Below are positions 36,863-51,081 of a DNA stretch of 64,000 bases, piece by piece. The stretch is from assembly GCA_010093815.1 (NCBI GenBank), contig ML996576.1. One strand, given 5' to 3'. The notes under the pieces were generated by a model. That model had not been told where the DNA came from and did not search any database. It saw only the letters and a program-made list of their open reading frames with translations. Position numbers and translations under genes: made by a program. Position 1 is the first letter of the stretch, and every line of letters begins with the position of its first letter. This stretch comes from Pseudovirgaria hyperparasitica. Lineage: Eukaryota.

Positions 36863-37181
36863 GGTGAGTTTGCTTTGTAGTGGGATGGGTTCCGGGTGTA
36901 GTGTTGGGCAGTGGCGGAGGTAAGTGTACGGAGTGTCTGGAGTTGTAGTGGGGAGGTAATTGTGGTCCCAAGGAGATGTGCAGAGGATGCCTGGGAGGCG
37001 GAAGATGTTTTTGAGAGGACAGCTTACAGAATACAGATTCACTTGATGCGCTCCATGTTCCGAGGATGTCCCAGTAGCACGGGAGAAGACAGCCAATTAG
37101 AGAAGCCTATTCCTGGTTTCGGCGGCATATGACTAAATATTCAGGGAGCTCGTGTATTTTTCATCATGATGATAGGCTATA

Positions 37182-37681
37182 CCCGTCCCACGCACTTCGG
37201 AGTTGTAACCTCCTAAGTGCTCCCGACTTGAAATGTACATATGCACTTTAACGGTACTATATAGATAATATATTTAAATATAATAACACTACCATGCCTA
37301 AAGTCCCTTATATATACTAAAATAAGGAGGAGAAGGTCTAATCTACTATTCGTGACTTTCGGAACGCGAAATTTAGATTATTAGCGGCCTTAGCGCGTTA
37401 TTATCGCGTTATTATCACGTAATATACGCGTCGCGTCTAATATTATAATTATAGGCTCGAAAATAGGCTATAGAAGTGCCTACTATAGAGAAATATAACT
37501 AGAACACGAGTACTTAACCCCTAGATAACTAGGAAGAAGTTACTAAGTAATAAATATATGGTATTAGCTATATAGACGTCGCTATCTTTATTTTATATAT
37601 ATATAGTACCGTTGAAGTGCATATGTACATTTCAAGTCGGGAGCACTTAGGAGGTTACAACTCCGAAGTGCGTGGGACGGG
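37182..37681. mobile_element. 500-bp MITE (Tc1/mariner-type, non-autonomous)
   Basis: 82-bp TIRs 37182-37263 and 37600-37681 with one mismatch; TA on both sides (37180-37181, 37682-37683); AT-rich non-coding interior. Confidence 0.92.
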
Positions 37682-38176
37682 TAGATCTCATATACATACG
37701 CAGATGCCGCTGTGAGTTGCATGGATATTTGAATGCACGCCACACAACGTTAATTCACGACTACTCAAAACCGTTCCCTCATGCATTGTGACAGCTTTCA
37801 CTTTTCTATCTTACACAAGAAGGTTGAGCTGATGCTGGGAGTCCCACAGAATGCTCTGCTAGATCTAACTCGGTAGTGCCATGACAAGCACGGCTCGATG
37901 CAATATCCAGTGACTTGCAATTCTCTGCGAACTATCCAGGTCCAAGATCGTGCGACCTAGCAAAAAGTATATAGAAAGAAAAGAAAGAGGCAGACACCAT
38001 GAACTCGCACAAGTAACCAGGTGATCGCCTCATATTACAACGTAGTCGAAGAGTCGCGTGAGTGACCATTTAGGGCATCGGCCAACCTCGCGTGTAGGTA
38101 GCTCGTGAGGAGATCTGTCCATTGATATCGTATTAGCATTCCTCGTTGTCTTCGTATCGTTTTTGCCCTCTGATTT

Positions 38177-40879
38177 TTACCGAGCAAAAACTTTGACAAC
38201 TCCGTCACCCCCTGCCGACACTACGAGTCTGCCATCTTGACTCCAAACGACACTGCAGACTCCTTCACCCCTCATGATGCGATGGCTAGTCAGTTCCTGA
38301 GTGCATATCCGCTTTTCAAGCGACCAGAACCGAATCGAGGCGTCATGTCCAGCCGAGACGGCTTCTCGGCCATCTTTGCTCAGCGATAGCGAAGAGATCG
38401 CAGAAGGGTGGGCGAGCATGCTGTACGTGCATTGTCCTTTCCATCGTCAGCGGATGTTCATTGAGGAAGAACTGCAGACTCACCACTGTTGGCATCGAAG
38501 AAACGGATATACTGATCTTCGTGCCCGCTAATCACGACACCCTCAACACTTCCCTCGCTCATCGAGCCGGTTGCGCCATGAATGACGCTCTCATCTTCAG
38601 GTATCCTGCCGTTATCGGACCCGGAACCGTCAAGACTTAACGATGAAGCCACGACCGTGTTGATACCTGTCCTCGGGTTACCATCGTACGTCTCTGCACT
38701 AGCCATACCGATGATTTCATCCCCAGTCCTTGTGTCAAAGACCAATACTGCTGAATCAGTATATGACACAACGAAGTTATCGCCTGTAGGTGATAGTGGC
38801 GAGATACATGTTGGTGATGGCGCAGTAGGTCGGACTATGTTATGAACAAGCATGTGGTTGAACGGCGTCAAAGTGGCCACACTAGGTTGCGGCGACGACG
38901 GGTAGTTCGAGCCAGAAGTGACCGATACTCTTCTGCTCCCACCCACGCCCCTACGAGATCCTGTAGAGGGCGACACGGCCTGGGGTGGCGCGCTCACTGC
39001 CCAGATTTTGATCGTCCCGTCAGCTGATCCAGATGCCAGAAGGATCCTGTCAGGGCCGCCGTAATTGTTGCACTCTGGCCCGAACACTGCAGCGCATGTT
39101 GTAGGCAATACGCAGACCGACCAGACTGCATCAGTGTGCCCCTCTAAAGTTGCTTTCGGGTCCACACGCCCACGTTCCCATACCCGCACGGATGAGTCCT
39201 GGCCACCGGAGAATATCCACCCATCCCCTGATGCCCGTCCACCCGTAGCAAAATTCGCCGCGGCGGGACATGCCGCCAAAGATGTAACGATGCCCTCGTG
39301 CCCACGATGTGTAAAATAGCTTTGTATATCCAAGTCATTGTTAACGCTATGCTGCGAAGCATAGCTAGCAGGTATTATCCATCTCTTAATCATACCATCG
39401 TCACCCGCTGTGCAAATCTCTGGCTCAGACGGACTACCACCACCCGTGAATATGACAGATCGAACAACATCAAGATGGCCACGCAGAGCAAACCGAACTG
39501 TGAAGTTTTGATGATCGGATCGGCTGCCCATTCCAGACAAGTCGCGCACCTCATTCCCTTCACTTCGATGTCGACTCATTGCAGTGGGTCCAGAACTCCG
39601 CCTCCGATGCGAATTTGAGGCTATACGAGGCGGTGATTTTGCTGGAATTGTGCTTGCGCTTGGAAAGACATCAGTATCAGGCCTACGCGTCGCCTGACCA
39701 TCGGCCGAAGCTTCGAAATTTTGGGACGACTCGTCAAAGTTCCAATCTGATTCGTCGGTGACGATGTGTCTAGTACCAGATATTTCATCTTCCTGTGCTG
39801 CAACTGGCTTCCCAGCTGCGTCGAAAGAGTGCGTAATTCTTTCGGCCGGCTCCTCGTGGATGGAAACAAATGCCTGGGGCGAGTCAGGTTCAGCAGGTCC
39901 AGAACTCATGCTTGTAGATGGATATCCCATGGATTGTGATAGAATTTGTTGACCAGATGGCTCTCTGGTCATGTGAGGTGCTTGCTGATTGCCGTACGGT
40001 AGATTCGGTATATCAGACATGGATGGAATGGGCTGGGATTGATGATTGGGGACAGAGGAAGGATGCGACTGGTTGAAACCTGTCTGATGCTGTGCTCTCT
40101 GGCGTTGTAGGTACATCTCTTCCATCTGTAAGGGCTCTTGTGAATTCATCATGTGGACGGAGTTGCCGAGCGATTGTGCATTTGAAGGAGGCATTGGTGC
40201 ATGCATCGGCGGTGTAAGCAAGTAAGTGATCTCTTCGACGCATTTCGTCATATACGCTTTCGATTTATCGCGCTGGCCGTCTCGGAACCTTTCGCCCCCA
40301 TCTTTACCTTCAATGTCTACGTCGAGGAAAGAATTGTGCTGCTTGTTTTGCGCTGTAGAGGAATATCAGCATAACGCAATTTGAACAATCGACTTTTTGG
40401 GGCTTACGTTTACTCTGTTTTGATGCGCTCTTCTCTGGTTTCAGTATCGAAAAAGGTTTCTTTTCATCCGTACCGGACACCTTGTCGTCTGTTTTAGCAG
40501 CCTTGTTCTTTGCACGCTCATTTTTGAGAGCCATCTCCAGCATGCGAATCTGCTTGTCAAGCTGATCGTTGAGTTTCTTTGCGCTTCGTACATCGCCTTC
40601 TTGTTTCGCTATTTTAGCCTTCATTTCAGCTCGTTCAATGTCCCATGCGTTTCGTGCTCGCTCATGGTTGTGCCATTCCAATTGAAGAAAGCGCATGACC
40701 CCTATGAGATTGATCAGCTTTCACACATATCTACACTCACACATGCGCAATTGGACATTGAAGGCGCAAGCTGGTGGCGTTGGCATACCTTGCAGGGTGT
40801 ATTCTGTAGCGGGCGGTCCATTGTTGTCACCTCCGCCGACTGGCCCACCTCCGCCTAGGTTGGGCTGTTGCCAGGCCAT
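38177..40879 (-). CDS. PRO11: Striatin, STRIPAK scaffold (Pro11/HAM-3/Far8 family), 4 exons
   Basis: Exons 40879-40789, 40701-40408, 40352-38484, 38436-38177; [15 protein letters not shown]...[13 protein letters not shown] striatin domain; C-terminal WD40 repeats. Confidence 0.95.
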
Positions 40880-42205
40880 CAACAGCCCACTGTTCTGATC
40901 TTTCACGTCTCGATGGGAAAAGTAGCTGTAACATGCAGCAGGCGTGTGGATGGGTGTGTCAAGTTGTTCGACTACGTCGCACTGCCGTCCGTGCAAGGGG
41001 TGGAAGAGTTGAGCGTGGTGATCGAGAAGCTACGAGTACAACGACGAAGGTAAAGCGGCGCGATTATGGACGCGTGTCGAGGGCGAGGAAGTGGGTGAGG
41101 ACCGATAGCTAACTCGAACAGCAGTCTCGTGCTGTTCGTGAGAGCTTCATGGAGGTTGGTTTCGAAGTTAGAACTGTCCCTAGGTGGTTCAGGCGCTAAG
41201 ACGTCTTGGCACTCGTGGACGCTAAGCATTTTGAGAGAGCTGTTGCTCCCCGGCCCGAACTTGGAACGATCTGAGTTGCTTCACGCTTCACGTTCAAGTG
41301 CATACACAGCAAACAGCAGACCAGAAATTGCAGACGCAGACGCAGACGCAGAAGAACGATATATCTTGACACTTCGACCGCCTAAATGCACCTTCAGCTA
41401 AGTCAGCAGGAAGTCTCCTCGTTGAATCCCGCAATCGATGCAGTGGCAGAGCAAATGGGCACTTGCACTTCCATGACGATGTGTATATGCGATGCTTCTG
41501 CAGTTCGCCGGCCTCACACGTGAACATATGGCCTTTCCAACTTGTCAACCATCGAGTTCACATCATACTCAAGAACGTAGGACTTGTTTCACGACTTGGT
41601 CACTCAACCTAGATTACGGTACTCAAGAGAGTAGCGAGGTTTGCGACAATAGCAAGACTGAGGAGCGAAATCATTAGGGCACTGCTGCAACAGAGCCCTA
41701 ATAACTTTCAAATACTGACAACACTGGTTCGCGAAGGCAAGCGACATTTACCAATGAGCACCTGGTCCTTCAAGGGCATGATGCCTTATATTGACTGATT
41801 GCAGCATCGCAGTAATTATGCTGCTGCCTCGGCCGGTGTATGGCCGAATCCGATGCCCAACTCAAGCAAGATCAAGAGATGTATCCGATGCGACCCGACC
41901 CAAGGCAGCAGTCATCGACACAGTAATCATACAAATATAGGCCCAATCCCGAATTCACAGTGTACGTTCACTCCAATAAGCATTCAAGATCACGTGCGGC
42001 GGGGTTTGTGTCAAAGCTCTTGCATGGAAAAGGCTGGGCCGAACGCGCCTTCCTCCAACATCAAAACACCACAGTTCACATTCCACCACATCATCTCCCA
42101 ACCACCCACCACCACACATTTCAACACCTGTCGACTGTCCATCACGGTCGCAAAGATACGCATATTTGATACCCCAACTCACAAAGTCGATATATCCCGT
42201 CAAAC

Positions 42206-42811
42206 ATGCCTGGTGGTAAAGGTACGCGCAGTCCTCGCCCGTGGAAGCCTGAGAGTGGTACCATGTTCTGAGAAAAAGTCAATCTAACATTGCATTTTGC
42301 GCTTTCGTAGGAAAGACAGGTGGCAAGACAGGCGGCAAGGCTGATGCCTCTGCCAAACCCGCAAAGTCGCACTCTGCCAAAGCCGGCCTCCAAGTATGTC
42401 GTCGCCTACCTAGATCATCAAGTTTTCCTAAGTATCAACAACAACAAGTCGCGTCATGCGAAACGGTAGTACTGACCATGCCATCCACAGTTCCCCTGCG
42501 GTCGCATAAAGCGCCATCTTCGCAACCTGACGCGCCACAAGACGCGCATTGGCGCCAAAGCCGCCATCTACCTGACCGCCGTCCTCGAATACCTTACCGC
42601 CGAAGTTCTCGAACTGGCCGGAAACGCGGCAAAGGATCTCAAAGTCAAGCGCATTACCCCACGTCACCTTCAGCTCGCGATCCGTGGCGATGAGGAATTG
42701 GATACCCTGATCCGCGCCACCATCGCCTTCGGAGGTGTACTGCCACACATCAACCGCGCGTTGCTACTGAAGGTGGAGCAGAAGAAGAAGAGCAAGGCCA
42801 TCGATGCATAG
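42206..42811 (+). CDS. HTZ1: Histone H2A.Z, 3 exons
   Basis: Exons 42206-42221, 42311-42393, 42491-42811; [17 protein letters not shown]...[35 protein letters not shown]. Confidence 0.97.
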
Positions 42812-44680
42812 TTGGCCCCCCCCGTATAAGGCACTACATTTCGTTGTGGGCAGTCACAGGATACACACGAAACTCTTTACTTTTTCCCCCATTGTTTTAC
42901 AAGAGAGACGAGGAGAAGGTCGGATCGGAGGAAATCGCAGCGCGTAAAGCTGACGCTCATGGGGTAATACTGGCGAACGTCCTGATTTTGATTTTTTCAG
43001 CATCAAACCACACTTCAACTAGGCACGCCCGATATCGGCACACGCATTTCTTGGAATGTCTCGCGCGAAAGTCAATACATCCCCGCCCGCCCAAAATCCC
43101 ATTTCCCCGTTCTTTGCGCCTGCTTCTTTTCTTCTCTCTCTCTCTCTCTGATATACACATGTGCTTTCTTGTACGCAGGCGTGTCGGGTGGATGGATTCT
43201 GGGGGGGTTGGAAATTTGGGCATGTGCTTGCTTGCTTGCTTGCTTTGATCCGGGGAAAAGGAAGGAGTACCTCGAATCTGATTTTCACACACAAGTTTTA
43301 CTTTGTATGGTTAAGATCCTTGTAGCATCATCGTCATCATCATCATTGCCAACCAATCTAAAAGAAGAAAAAAAGACGTATAAAACTCCCGACTCTTGAC
43401 CTTGAATCGCTTCACGCATGTAATCATTGATTGATCGACTAGGTAGTAGTAGTAGGTAGGCACAGGATTCCCGAAACCATGCGTAACAGCAGCAGGAGAC
43501 ATACACATACATGTATATACGTAACTTCACGCGCACGAGCAATGCCACAAACAAGCACAGCAGCATTGCCAAGTCAATTCATCAGTCAGGACAGGACAGG
43601 ACACGACAGGACAGAAGCACTCGATTCTCACAGCACTCATTGCCTTAACACACACACACACATGCAAAGCGCCCTATCAACAATCCCCCAAAAGCCCTTT
43701 CTAGCCCAGCCCATTCATTCCACCCCCGATGAAATCAACCCTTGTATGCGTCGTGCCCAACAACCCACCACACTACCTCCAACCACCTCGACCATCACCA
43801 CCACCAATCCAAACCACCGACACACACACACAAAACCAGCAAGTAGAAATTCCAAAAAAAGGCAAGCCAAACCAGAATACTCGCAGACAAAGCTCTAAAG
43901 CATGCGAACGGCAAGTCAAGCGCGCCCCTGTCGATATATATCTCCAACCAACGACGTTCATCGGGCGATCAAGAGGGGGAAGGGAGGGGGGCTCGCTCAC
44001 ATAAGAGCCATTAATACAGGTACATTCAGCTACCATGGAAGTAGTAGCAGATGATTTCGAGGCAAAGACCATGGATGTATTCCAAACCGACTAGACAGAT
44101 GGTAGGGCAGGTTTTACAACTTGTTTGAAGCTTTAGTGAAAGGCATGAAGATGGAAAAGCAAGAATCGAAGAAAGTAAGAAACAACGAAAAAAAAACTCC
44201 ATTCTGATGGAAATGTGAAATCCAGGTCGGTAGGTCAACTCTGAAGAATCACAATTTGCTCTCGAAACGACCACCATATGCACATTTTGCCATGAGGGAA
44301 ATATCCAAGTGAAGAGGATTGGACAGAAATCGGGACATTCAAGGCTTAAAAGCCAGAAACATAAATAAGCAACAGTATAGCATCGCATCTGGGAAGACTC
44401 TGTTGATGCGTGATGGTGAAGATGTAATGGTATGGGGTGTGGCGGCGTAGGCTGTGGAGCCATATGTCTGAATCTACCTTCGTAGCGTCATTCGTCGTAT
44501 GCGTCATGAGTTTGCCATTCAGTTGGAAGCCAGGACGATACCAATCCTGGTCATTCCGAATGGTCGAGTGGTCTCAACTTCGTAAATTTTTATTCTGGGG
44601 TATGTCGGGTGCTGATACAAGGTCATTCGGTCGTTGCGTCGCGCTTCCTCATGGACGTGACTGAGATACGCGCGTTTCTA

Positions 44681-46578
44681 TTAGTGCTCTACAATGATTT
44701 CGACCCCAGATTGTTGCGACAGTTCGTCGCTGCCACGACCGTGATGACCGTTCTGACGAGGACGCGAGAATCCAGAGTTGTTACCAAGGGGTCCTCGCGG
44801 CTGTCGAGACGGGTGAGCAGAGCTTCGGTCGCGGCTTTGTTCTTCATAATTCGTGCTCATAGATCTGTGTCCTCCAATTGGACCTGGGTTTGATTCACGG
44901 TCCCAGGACATCATTCCCCTGAGACCTCTTTTGGGGCTGCTTTGGGTATTGAAGCCATTGCCGAGGTTCATCCCGTTCATGCTATTGATAAGCATTTCAT
45001 CACGGCCGTTCATAGTGGTGTTCGTGGGTGTGTTGGAAGGGTTGGTGGAGGCCGATCCTTGTCCATATTCGAATGCATTACGAACATTTGCAGGGAAACT
45101 GGCCGTAGACGGGACTGGGGAGGGCGTGTAAGATCGAAGATCGGCATAAGATTTCGCTCCGCGGAGGTTTTGTGCCGCTGCCAGACCACCTGAAGAATCT
45201 TGAAAGCCGAGATAGCCCGATCCCTGACGACCAAGAGTGCCGTAAAAGCCATCAGCAGCGCGTACATCACTGAAGTCTGTGGTGGCCGCGCGGTTCAACG
45301 CTCTTCGGTTTGGATCGTATCCCTGTGGAATTGGAGGGCTTGTGTTGGGAGCGTTCAGTTTGTGGACATATACCTGTCGTTGATCTCCGACACCTTTGGA
45401 CAGGTGCATCAGCCCAAATTCGTGTGCGATGGTGTGGATAACACGTCTTTCAGTCGGATGTAGAGTAGCCGGGAACACCATTTCCGTGCGCTGATGGTCC
45501 TCTCTGAAGAGTAGAAGTTGTGTGTAGTACCTGAGCACCTCTGGATCATTTAGATCATATTCTGCTCCCTCGTTAGTCGACGGAGCCAGTGACGGGGGTT
45601 GCCGGGCCATCAAAGTCCTACCAGGTTTAACAGATCTGCCCTGGACAGGTGACGGAGATGTCGCAGGAGCTTGGCCATGAGAATGGAGAGATCCTATCGA
45701 CGGCTGCTGATTAAGCGTAGGACCTGGCTGGGGCATGTGCTGCTCTTGCAGTTGGCCGCGACGTTCTCTTTTCTCTCTTTCGATTCGCTCGCGCTCTGCC
45801 AACGGAAGCATCTTCTTATATTCAACTCGAAGTTTCCTTCCGTGAAGCTCAAAATGATTGAGATTGTCGATGACAGCAGCAGTCTCGTCGGACGTGGTGA
45901 AATTAGCAAAGGCAAGACCGCGAAACACACCACCGTCAAAGTGGTAGTTGAAAGCGTAGGGCAGAGGGAGTCTCATCTCTGTCATGAGCTGGAGAAGCGC
46001 CTCTTTTTTAACAGCAAAAGGGATATTCTTGATAACGATAGCAGTGGGGATGAGCTCGTCAGGATCTTCAGGGATGTGATCTTGCCGCAACCCATAGCCG
46101 CTTTGACCACCAGTCAAAGGTGAGGGTACGTTGTGGCCGAGGCCAGGGAAAGGAGGAACGGGTGGTTGTTGGGAGGTTTGCATCCAGTCCTATGTTATTG
46201 TCAGCATGCGTAGTTCAACAAATGGCTGTAGCCTACGGTGGGCAATCGGCCGCGAGGTTGGTTGCCTTTCATCCTTCCGGTGAAAGGAGCCAGGTTCTGA
46301 TTCGCACCGAAACTTCCATTATTTCCAGTATTCCAACCAGATCCGCCGAAATCGTTGTGAGGATAGTTGTGCATGGTCGCATTCAAGCGGTCATAGTTCC
46401 GCGGCGCAACGTCATATCGCGAGTTGTCGTCCATCTGGTAAAGGCTAGACGGCACGGTGCCATACGCATCGAACTGACGAGAAGTCTGGCGAGTAAGGTC
46501 TCGATGCTGCTGCTGTTGTTGGCGATGAGAGCCAGGCGACCTCTGTTGTGGTTCGTACATGTCGTAAGATGGGTTCAT
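44681..46578 (-). CDS. PIN4: RRM + R3H RNA-binding protein (Pin4/Cip2 family), 3 exons
   Basis: Exons 46578-46237, 46189-45622, 45561-44681; PTAIVIKNIPF...FRGLAFANF RRM; ERRVIHTIAH R3H. Confidence 0.92.
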
Positions 46579-46780
46579 AATTTCCGAGCAATGAGCGTGA
46601 AAGCCGTGGGCGTAAGTAATAGGCCGTGATTACTGCAGCAGTCGCGCATGCAGCATTTGCTCGAGATGAGCAGTATTTGTTATAGCGATGGCTGACTGTC
46701 TCAAGGCCTTGAAGCTTGGAGGTCTGATGGACAAGAGCCAAAGCTAGGTTGCGATAGAGGCGGCGACAATGGATGTAGAT

Positions 46781-46781
<1 letters not shown>

Positions 46782-46836
<55 letters not shown>
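46782..46836. repeat. (GA)n microsatellite upstream of the PIN4 start
   Basis: Directly visible run of about 55 bp. Confidence 0.95.
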
Positions 46837-46840
<4 letters not shown>

Positions 46841-49800
46841 ACGAACAAGTCGAGACTAGGTCAGTCACAGGTCGCAGCGAGCTAGAGAGCACGCCGAGCG
46901 AGAGTGGATGAACCAGGAAGAGACGAGGGCGTATTGGGAAGAGGTAGGCGGTGGCACTTTGCAGAGGTACAAAGCGACTGCACTGCACAGCTGAGGTGGA
47001 ACAGGAGTATGAGGAGGAGGAGGGTGGTGGTGGTTGTGGTGGTTGTGGTGGTTGTGGAGGAGGAGCCGAAGGTGCACGCGGCTTTCTGGGATGATCAAGC
47101 GATGGTCAAGCTTCTTTCTCGTTTTGTCGCGGCGGGTGCGCACGTCGGGCACTGCGCTCTTGTCTGGCACGGCTTCTGAACAAATCGCCGGGACTCGCGG
47201 ATGCGGATGACGCTGGCAGCAGAACCTGGACAAGAGAAAAGAATATTGACGAAGAAGAAGAAGAAGATGAAGACGACGAGTAAGGCTAGAGACAGATTAA
47301 GAGTAGGCTGCGGTACTTCTTTGACGGAAGCTGGGCAGATATGTAGGTGTGCGTAGGTAGTAGGTAGGTCGGTAGGTAGGTAGGTAGGGGAGGGAGAGCA
47401 GGGCTTAGTCGGTGTGAGAGCGGACGGGCGTAGTAGAGAGTTGATTTGTAGGTGATGATGAGCTGAGCAGCAGCAGCGTCGTCGTCGTCGTCGTCGTCCT
47501 CGTTCTCGGATTGACGGCGAGATAGGTGTGTGTACTACACAGAACAGCCCGGAATGCTGCAGGTGGATGAGGAAAAAGGAAGAAAAGGTGATTGAAAGAG
47601 GTGGTGTCAGTGTCAGTGTGAGTGTGTGTGTGTGTTGGTTGTTGGTGAAGGACAAAGCACAGATTCCAGAATGGTGGGAAATTTTATTCCTCGAGCTGTG
47701 TGTGGTCCCAAGCAGGCTAAAGCTGCTGGTGCTGGCTGGCTACGGAACCCCCTCCCCCTCCTCTCTCACTCACTTGCTCACAGGTATTTATTCCCTTTAC
47801 TTCTCTGGCCGTGCTGTTTCATTGTTATTATTATCACTATTATTACTACCATCATCATCATCATCATCATCATTCATTGCCTTCTACGAGTCTTCTACAC
47901 ACTGCTCCACAGTCTCTCACTACTTTACCCCCTCCCCCCCCTATTATATCCAAGAACTGTCTGTACCATTGACTGATCACCGAATGAGGCACTGGCGCGC
48001 TATTCGTCTAGTCTGATCGTGTCGTCGATAGAGGCTCAAAGAAGTAACAGCCATCATCAGTAGTCATTGATAGTCAGGGGTGAGCTGAGAGGGCTGACTC
48101 TGACTGACCTCCTGAGCAACAAGGAGCAACAGCAGGGAGGGAGAGGAATTCTTGGCCCTTCATAGAATGACTTATGGATGCTGCCGTGTTCGCGTTATCC
48201 ACTATGCATACATACATACATGGACAAGTAATTAGTACTGTATGTAATTAGTCCTTGATGACTTGCTTTGCACTTTGACTCACCGTGGCCCTACCTGGTT
48301 AGTAGTAGCTAACTATTAGGTATTAATCTACCTGGCCGGGACCGTCTACCCACCCAACTACAATGTACCATCTTACCATGTGTTATGTATCTATCTATCA
48401 TGCACAATCCAATGCCCCCTTTGCCTTTCTCATGCTTCTTCATCTCTGGCTGCGACGAAAGAATTCAGTGTTACCACTAATTACTCACGACACTTCACCA
48501 CCTCATGTCTCAACCTCTCACTCCCGCATACATAGCAGGGGGTTTCCAGACACTTTTGTTTCTCTCAGCTGGATTAAAAGGTTTTACCATTTCCTGCCAA
48601 TCCATGGGTTGCTGTCCCAAGCTTGGCACCGCCATCTCATTTCTCGCCCACGTCTAATAATTCACGCGACGGGCACTATCGACGCGTCTCTGCCGTCTGG
48701 TTCGTCCTTGGTGCAAGATTGACGTCCACTGGACTCTACGTGCAGCTTAGACGCGTCCTGGGCGAAGCGTTGTCATTGTTATTGTTGTTGTTGTTGCTGT
48801 TGTTGCTGCTGCATGATCATGACTAGACGTTTGACAACTGACATCCGTCTTTCCCACCCATAGATGCCTTGTCATGAATCTGCCGTCTCGTTGCGATCAT
48901 CGAATCCTAGTCTAGACTCGTCCTGGAAGACCGTAATTAACGTGTCTTTTCCTGAGACGAATGCCCAACCTCCAATAATAACAAACCATTCATTTCATCC
49001 ATGCGAACCGCGTGCATCTGCATCTACAAACCTAGCAACTAATAGCGTAGTCGCTCCTAGCCTAGCACTGCTGCTGCCGTGGCCGCTCTACATAATCTCT
49101 GTCAGCTGCAGCGCCTCACAGGTGTGTGTACAGTATTGTCTGTCGCGAGTAGATTTCGATGTGACCTCTCGGAGGCCGTGCAGTGATTGGTGCGCGGGAC
49201 GGCCCTCGACAAAAAAGCCACGCTGCTTGCTGCCCAACCTGTTTGACTTCCTTTGTCAGGGAGCAACAGTTATTGGTTTTTTTTTTCTTCTTGTTTTTGG
49301 GTAATGGGCTGCTTCCTTGTCCAATTTCTTCTCATTACCATTTCTCAATCGCTGCGGTACGATTAAAGTGTAATACCTGATTTGTTACCCCGATAACCGC
49401 TATCATACTACCTCGTCCTGCTCTCGACATCCTGGTCAATACCTGCGCTCGCTCTCTTCGTCGGGCGAGCGTGATGATCCACTTGCTCTATTGCTTCATA
49501 GCATCATACACCACGCCATGCGCGTCCTAGCAAGGATCCTACGCCAGTCACCAGCGCACCCCTTCGTTTTGAGCTTCCACTTGCAGTATCGCGTAGAATG
49601 CATGCTATGAACAGCTGGTTGCGTGGTGGGACATGTCTGCACTGCTCAGCAATATAACAATATTGACACACTGGCCTCGGCGACGTTCGAGGGAAGCCTT
49701 CTAGACCGTTTACCCTTGTCGATCCTTTTCCCACGAGGTGCAAAGGGGGAGGGGGGCAAGACTCAGGGGAGCCGGTACGTACGCGGGCCGCAAAGCTACG

Positions 49801-51081
49801 ATCGTAGCGCATTCGTGGCTTCGTCTTGTCTGTTCCTCTCACCTCAGTCCTATGGGGGGGTGAAGTATCACATATCTTATAGAGGCTCCTTGTTATTGCT
49901 CCTTGGGGATTTGGATGCAGTCATCGGCCATTGTGTGACGGTCCGATTTGGCATGCTGGCTGCAGACGCTGCAGAGGTACAAGAGCAAGCCATCTCATGT
50001 GTCTTGCTCCAGGAAAGCAGTAGATCGCAGCGGAGCCAAGCGCGATGCAACACATTCTAACCGCTCAGCGCGCGCCCATGTCAGGATCCAAAGCTGGTCC
50101 TGTGGTGTATGCACGCAGCAACAGCTCTGTCATCCATTGGAATTCATCTATACGTCCCCGTAGCCTTTTATTCCTTCACCCGTAATACCGTCATGCAACA
50201 CACCCCGAAGCGGGGCTGCCAGCATCCGTCTTCGTGCTCGATCGACCGCAAAACCATCCGCTGCCATGTCCTTTGACACGAGCGAATCGCTCATGTCACA
50301 CAACATCCTCGCCAGCAGCATGTATATCGACTGAAGGGAGCTGTTGTGTTGCCAGTGACAAATGTGCATCTGATGTTGGTCATAAAAACAATTGTATGCA
50401 TTCATGGATTCCTTCTTGCTTCCACTGTACTATATGCAATGTGACCCCACTTCTGAGTAAGACGGGCCCCGACTTGCTGGTACCCCGTACCCAGGATCAC
50501 CGTCACCGCATCGATCGATGATCATGTGATGTATGGTGGGGTGAGCATCATTGTAGGACCGGGCAGTGAGCATATTAAGCGTTGTGAAACGACTGCAGCT
50601 TGTTGCATCATTTGCTTTTCGCAGTCTACTCCTCTGACATGGGACGTAGACACAGACGGGCTACTTTATCGCACCTTATCTCTACGAACCTACCCCGGCA
50701 TACACGTTGCATGATACGAAACTAGCAGCTGTGTCCGTCGAACGATGACTGACATTATCTGTTCCGATGCATGACTCGGTCTGCGTTTTGACTTTTGAGG
50801 ACTTCAACCCGCGAGAGATAATTAGTTGTGACCGAGTGATTCGGTAGTGTGTAGACAGGGTATCCTACAGAGCATCAAAGTCGAGTCGCCATCACATTCC
50901 CTTCTGCTTCCTACCGTGCTCGGTCGGGAGTCCGGTGTATTCTTGGCGTCGTACGAGCGACGTTGAGTAGGTCCGATTCCTATTTAAATTCAATAGAAGC
51001 AACATGGCTGCTGGCCTGACCCTCAAAGGTTTTGGTGCTGGTGTGCCTTTCGTATTACCTGTTTGGGTAGAACATCGTTCT

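Noticed and set aside
35831..36971. Long ORFs overlapping SEC72 (349, 231 and 169 aa)
   Set aside because: Shadow ORFs from GC-rich skewed codon usage; the same applies around the LPMO and the 18.4-19.0 kb gene.
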